Virus record (IMG/VR): IMGVR_UViG_3300049171_000102
Span: 1 to 27,914 of that record
Length of the DNA stretch: 27,914 nucleotides
DNA from: a virus
Lineage: Duplodnaviria; Caudoviricetes
Reading direction: 5' to 3' (one strand)
The position numbers and the translations under genes were made by a program. Positions 24,094 to 27,914 of this stretch are shown piece after piece; positions within the stretch are counted from its first letter, which is position 1; every line of letters starts with the position of its first letter. The notes beneath the pieces are model-generated. The model had not been told where the DNA came from and ran no database searches. It saw only the letters and a program-made list of their open reading frames with translations.

Positions 24094-24275
24094 CCGTCCT
24101 CCCCGGTGAGCGCCTCCAGGATCAGGCAGGACAGGCCGCCTGCGGCGAGTCCTGCGGCGGTACCGAGGGCGTCCCACGCCGCGCCGGTGAGGAGCGTGAA
24201 GCCTGCGACGGTAAGGACGTTGGTGCGGGCGCGGGCCCACAGGGGGGCGAGTCTGCGGAGCTTGCTCACCGCCAT
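24090..24275 (-). CDS. Small membrane protein (about 61 aa)
   Basis: Two hydrophobic segments; GTGA overlap with the portal start. Confidence 0.7.
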   Translation of the reverse strand: MAVSKLRRLAPLWARARTNVLTVAGFTLLTGAAWDALGTAAGLAAGGLSCLILEALTGEDG

Positions 24276-24284
24276 CACCCCCTT

Positions 24285-24491
24285 CTACTCGGCTTGATCG
24301 GTACTCTCCGGCCGGTACACGGCCATCTCCTCGACGGACTCGAAGATCGCAACCTTGACGCCAGGCAGGTACTTCTCGATGTCCGCCCGGAGACATTCGA
24401 TCTCTTCGTCGGTCTGCCGGCCCTTGACGCGGAGGATCAGCGTGTCTCCGGGGCGCACGATCAGCCCGCCAGGCTCGATCTGGTCGTTCAC
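24285..24491 (-). CDS. Hypothetical protein (68-70 aa)
   Basis: GTGA overlap with the terL stop (alternative GTG at 24497); VRPGDTLILRV motif. Confidence 0.7.
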   Translation of the reverse strand: MNDQIEPGGLIVRPGDTLILRVKGRQTDEEIECLRADIEKYLPGVKVAIFESVEEMAVYRPESTDQAE

Positions 24492-25990
24492 ATCCACCTC
24501 ACTCGGGTTCGGCCAGCGGCGTAGTACGCCAAAAGCAGGGCGTCGGCGTTATCCGGACTGCGGCCGAGGCGCTTCCGGATCTCGTCCTTCGGCTCGACCC
24601 GGATGCGGCCCTGCGGGTCGGGGTCCCAGCGCGGTTCGAGGAGCTGCGCGACGGTCGTGTCGGCGTTGTCCATGCCGGACAGGTCCCAGCCCTTCCGCTC
24701 GGACAGGCTGCGGCCGATCTCCCACCAGATCTCGGCGCGGAGATTGGCGAACTTGTCTGGTCTGGACGCCTTCTCGCCGACGTTGACGCCGGTGATGTGC
24801 GCCTTGTGCTCCCCGCGGCTGGCGGCGTTGCGGAGCTCGCCGATGACGCCGAACCCGACACCGATGCTGTCCACCTTCACTGCGGTGGCACCGGTCTCCT
24901 TGATCGCCGCGACGACGAGCGGCGCGATGGTCTCGGGACGGTCGGTGTGGGCGCGCCACTCGCGGCCGGCTTGGATGCCGCGGCGTTCGCGGATGACGGT
25001 CTCGTCGCCGCCGCCGCCGACGTCCACGCCGAGTTCGACAGGGAGCAGCAGGTCGGCGGGGTGCTTCCGGTCGGGGTCGATCCGGCACGCGGCCACGTCG
25101 GACGCGCGGACGACCTGGTTGGGGGCGTCGTCGGAGAACTCGCCGAGCACCTTGGAGCGGTAGAGCGGGTTGTCCTTGCCCCACTCGCGGAGCTTCTCTT
25201 CCACCCACTCCCGGGACACGAGGGCCTGGGCGACGTCGTCCGGGACGTGCTCGCCGGTGAGGTTGGGTGAGTCGAAGGCGCTGATGCCGATGGTGTGCCA
25301 GCCCGACCCGGGCGCGCACACGCGGCGGAAGTGCGAAGCGGGGTTGTCGGGGTTGCCGATCGCGAGGATGCGGCAGTCGGTGTTCGTCGTCAGCGCGTCG
25401 GCGGCGACCCATAGCTGCTCCGGGATGCCGCACGCCTCGTCGAGGATGACGAGGACGTAGCGGGCGTGGATGCCCTGGAACGCGGACTCGTCGTGGTCGG
25501 CGGGTTTCCGGCCGAACGCGACCATCTCGTCGTCGATGTGCCACTCGGTCTGGTTCACCCGGCCGGGGAGTTTCCCGATGCGGTGGACGCGGCGGATGTA
25601 CCGCCACAGGATCGCCCGCACCTGCGCGAACGTCGGCGCCGAGGTGACGACGAACGCCTCACCCGGCGGGTGGGTGTCGAGCCACCACGACGCGATCAGG
25701 CTGGCGACGTGGCTCTTCCCGACGCCATGGCACGAGCGGACCGCCGTGCGGCGGTTGTCCCGGACGGACTCCAGGATCTCCCGCTGTTTCGTCCACACGA
25801 CCTGGTCGAGCCTGCCGTGCACCCACCCTGCGGGGTCGCGCTGGTAGCGGGCGGTGCGCTCGGCGACCCGGCGCCGGTCGAGCTTGCTCTTGAGCTGGTC
25901 GCGGAGCTGCTTCAGCTGGCGGGTGTCGCCGGCGCGGACGAGCTGGTCGATCTGGTGGCGGACGTGGTCAGTTGTCGGCGGGCTCGTCAT
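24488..25990 (-). CDS. terL: Terminase large subunit (500 aa)
   Basis: Walker A RSCHGVGKS, Walker B VILDEA, IGNP, nuclease LGVDVG...DETV and SPDNADAL. Confidence 0.95.
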   Translation of the reverse strand: MTSPPTTDHVRHQIDQLVRAGDTRQLKQLRDQLKSKLDRRRVAERTARYQRDPAGWVHGRLDQVVWTKQREILESVRDNRRTAVRSCHGVGKSHVASLIASWWLDTHPPGEAFVVTSAPTFAQVRAILWRYIRRVHRIGKLPGRVNQTEWHIDDEMVAFGRKPADHDESAFQGIHARYVLVILDEACGIPEQLWVAADALTTNTDCRILAIGNPDNPASHFRRVCAPGSGWHTIGISAFDSPNLTGEHVPDDVAQALVSREWVEEKLREWGKDNPLYRSKVLGEFSDDAPNQVVRASDVAACRIDPDRKHPADLLLPVELGVDVGGGGDETVIRERRGIQAGREWRAHTDRPETIAPLVVAAIKETGATAVKVDSIGVGFGVIGELRNAASRGEHKAHITGVNVGEKASRPDKFANLRAEIWWEIGRSLSERKGWDLSGMDNADTTVAQLLEPRWDPDPQGRIRVEPKDEIRKRLGRSPDNADALLLAYYAAGRTRVRWM

Positions 25991-26489
25991 CGTGGCCCCC
26001 GGTGAGCGCGGTGATCAGGTCCCCGATCTCGCGGCCGAGGTGCTCGGCTTCGACGCTGACCCGGGCCGGGGCGTCCAGGCCCAACAGCTTGCGGCGGGAC
26101 TCGGAGACGCGCAACAGCCGGTCGATGGCCTGGAGCACGGGCGCGTCGTCTTCGAGGGGTTCACCGTTGGCCTGCTTGACGATGCGGCCCTGGGAGACGG
26201 TGACGTGCTGCCGCTCCAGCACCTCCATCGCGGCCCGGTACATGATGTCCAGGCGTTCCAGTTCGAGGCGGCGGACCTCGGCGGCGGGCTCCTCCACGAT
26301 GGCACGCAGCGCGCGCTGCACCATCTCGTGGGCGGACGCCGGGTGGACGTCGAGCTCGGTGGCGATCTGCCGGTACGTCTTGCCGCGCGCCTTCAACTCA
26401 CAGGCGATGGCGTCCCGCTCGGCGGTCTCCCGGGCGCGGGCGAACTTCCCGTGGTGGCCGCGGACCTCTTCGGGGCTGGCCTTCGGCAT
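25968..26489 (-). CDS. terS: Terminase small subunit (173 aa)
   Basis: N-terminal HTH (GKTYRQIATEL), LELERLD, RRKLLGLDAP; overlaps the terL start. Confidence 0.8.
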   Translation of the reverse strand: MPKASPEEVRGHHGKFARARETAERDAIACELKARGKTYRQIATELDVHPASAHEMVQRALRAIVEEPAAEVRRLELERLDIMYRAAMEVLERQHVTVSQGRIVKQANGEPLEDDAPVLQAIDRLLRVSESRRKLLGLDAPARVSVEAEHLGREIGDLITALTGGHDDEPADN

Positions 26490-26506
26490 CGGTCACCCCC
26501 GGTCGG

Positions 26507-26788
26507 TTATGGCAGGTTGTCGAACGCGCCCTCTTGGTCGAGGACCCAGTGCATGTGCACCAGAGTCCAGTTGTCGTCGGTGAGGCCCTGGCAGGCGTCG
26601 GGGCGGCTGGTGTCGCCGTCGGGGCGCTGGTCGAGGGCGTTGGTGCAGCGTTCGGCGATCTCGTCCTGGGTGTCGGTCGCGGCGTCGTAGGCGAGGAGCC
26701 CGCCGACAGCGAGGACGAGGAGCGCGAGGGCGGCGCCGGTGAGGCGTTGCCAGAGTGGGGCGCGGGTGATGCGGGCGCGGAGAGTCAT
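26507..26788 (-). CDS. Membrane-anchored or secreted small protein (93 aa)
   Basis: ATGA overlap; basic N-terminus plus TM helix; acidic ectodomain with two Cys. Confidence 0.75.
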   Translation of the reverse strand: MTLRARITRAPLWQRLTGAALALLVLAVGGLLAYDAATDTQDEIAERCTNALDQRPDGDTSRPDACQGLTDDNWTLVHMHWVLDQEGAFDNLP

Positions 26789-27159
26789 GGGGTCATGGTG
26801 GGTGACGCGCCGGGGAGTGTGCCCGCCATGTGATGGATCTGTGACGGTTGCGGTCGGCGGCCTACGACGGTCGGGGCCGGCTCGCCGTGGGCGTCCAGCA
26901 GGAGACGGCAGCAGGCGCACAGGTAGACCGGTGGGGTGCCCGGGTCGGGGTTGACGTTGGCGGGGGTGTGCTCGCAGATCTGCTGGAGGTGCTGGTGGAA
27001 GACGTGCTCGGCGAACCGGTCGTTGACCATGCCGGTGTCGATGCCGCAGTCGCAGGTGGTTTGGGCGCGGCCGGTGAGTCCGGAGCGGGTCCAGCCGTTG
27101 TCGGTCCACTGGAGGCCGGCTTCGCGGGTGAGTTGCAGGGTGTGCGGGGTGTCGGTCAC
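26785..27159 (-). CDS. Cys/His-rich hypothetical protein (124 aa)
   Basis: SD AAAGGAG, GTG start; CDCG...H, CEH...CACC. Confidence 0.7.
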   Translation of the reverse strand: MTDTPHTLQLTREAGLQWTDNGWTRSGLTGRAQTTCDCGIDTGMVNDRFAEHVFHQHLQQICEHTPANVNPDPGTPPVYLCACCRLLLDAHGEPAPTVVGRRPQPSQIHHMAGTLPGASPTMTP

Positions 27160-27330
27160 GGCGGGCTCCTTTCGTGGTGTGCCGCCCGGGGTGGTGGCCC
27201 CGGGCGGCTCTCCTCCACCGCACCCGCCCTCCGGGTGGTCTAGGTGGCTCCCCGCCGCGGTGCGCCCGTTACTCCGGGCGGGGAGCCTCGGGCGCTCACG
27301 CCGCGCGGGGGCAGCGGCGGAGGCCCGGTC

Positions 27331-27564
27331 TCAGGCGGCGTGGGCGAGGCGCGGGGTGGCCTGTGCCCGTACCGAGAGTTCGGCGGCGGCGATCTGCTGT
27401 TGGGAGTAGACGCGGCGCCCGTACTCGTCCTCGTGCGGGTCGGTGAGGATGCCGCGCCGCTCCCACGAGTAGATCGTGAATGGCGACCGGCCGGTGAAGG
27501 CGGCGGCCTGCTTCACGGTGAACCAGATGGTTCCGTTGGCGTCTTGCCGGTGCGCCTCGTCCAC
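27331..27564 (-). CDS. Small MerR-type winged HTH DNA-binding protein (77 aa)
   Basis: TVKQAAAFTGRSPFTIYSWERRGIL...GRRVYS fits the MerR HTH; GTG after GGGGGAG. Confidence 0.85.
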   Translation of the reverse strand: MDEAHRQDANGTIWFTVKQAAAFTGRSPFTIYSWERRGILTDPHEDEYGRRVYSQQQIAAAELSVRAQATPRLAHAA

Positions 27565-27582
27565 GCTGCTCCCCCGGGAATG

Positions 27583-27610
27583 ACGAAACCCCCGCTCAGG
27601 GCGGGGGCTC
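27583..27610 (-). terminator. Intrinsic terminator
   Basis: Minus strand GAGCCCCCGC-CCTGA-GCGGGGGTTTCGT: 7+ bp GC stem followed by a T-rich tail. Confidence 0.7.
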
Positions 27611-27646
27611 GGCTGGTCTGTGGGCGCACTGGTGGCGCTGTTCGCC

Positions 27647-27675
27647 ATTGTGCGTCGCGGTGATCAGCACGTCAA
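27647..27675 (-). promoter_or_regulatory. Sigma70-type promoter, putative late promoter
   Basis: TTGACG (27675-27670), 17 bp, CACAAT (27652-27647). Confidence 0.7.
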
Positions 27676-27694
27676 GTACGGTGCGTCACGGCGG

Positions 27695-27914
27695 TCACCG
27701 GGTGTCGCGCGCGTCGCGCATGTGGGCGAGTACGACGGTGGTCTGCGCCGCGCGTTCCTGCTCGGTGAGCCTCGCGTCCCGGCGGAGGGAGTACCAGACG
27801 CGGCAGGCGAGTAGGTGCTCGCGGTGGTCGGGGTAGGCGTCTCGTCGCGGCTGCCGGGTGAGCGCGGCGAGCTGGTCGAGGGTGGGGGTGGGGCGGCGCT
27901 GCCCGACGTGGATG
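27695..27914 (-). CDS. 3' end of a hypothetical protein (truncated by the window edge)
   Basis: Open frame ...IHVGQRRPTPTLDQLAALTRQ...AHMRDARDTR* with GC3 bias; stop at 27695-27697. Confidence 0.6.
   Translation of the reverse strand, partial: IHVGQRRPTPTLDQLAALTRQPRRDAYPDHREHLLACRVWYSLRRDARLTEQERAAQTTVVLAHMRDARDTR

Larger units (their letters stand above)
1..27914 (-). mobile_element. Siphovirus-type (pro)phage late region: packaging, head, tail and lysis modules plus terminal accessory genes
   Basis: Canonical order terS-terL-portal-protease-capsid-connectors-tail tube-chaperone-tape measure-tail tip-lysis, with tightly coupled ORFs. No integrase lies in the window, so prophage versus free phage is not resolved. 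Confidence 0.96.

Overview
Very GC-rich (actinomycete, probably Streptomyces-like) temperate siphophage/prophage segment. Most of the window (about 1664-27914) is one minus-strand late region. In transcription order it holds a promoter with a nearby terminator, a MerR-type HTH gene, two small genes, TerS, TerL, a portal fused to a MuF-like domain, a ClpP-type head protease with C-terminal repeats, an HK97-fold capsid, putative decoration proteins, head-tail proteins, two paralogous tail-tube-like genes, a tail chaperone with a -1 frameshift site, tape measure, a large multidomain tail protein and a small fibre-like protein. These are followed by a stand-alone GH33 sialidase-like enzyme and a lysis cassette (amidase, WDGH-motif protein, holin, two membrane/coiled-coil proteins, one collagen-like). 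At the left end is an oppositely oriented, apparently self-regulated two-gene moron: a ribbon-helix-helix protein with palindromic operators over its promoter, and a 120-aa NLTPH-motif protein that I tentatively link to Crn4-like ring nucleases. Best leads are this candidate anti-defence locus, the WDGH protein inside the lysis cassette, the sialidase/Kdnase, a hidden overprinted zinc-ribbon gene with an apparent ATC start, and twin RNA hairpins with identical loops after the capsid gene. All family assignments come from motif recognition by eye; no searches were run.
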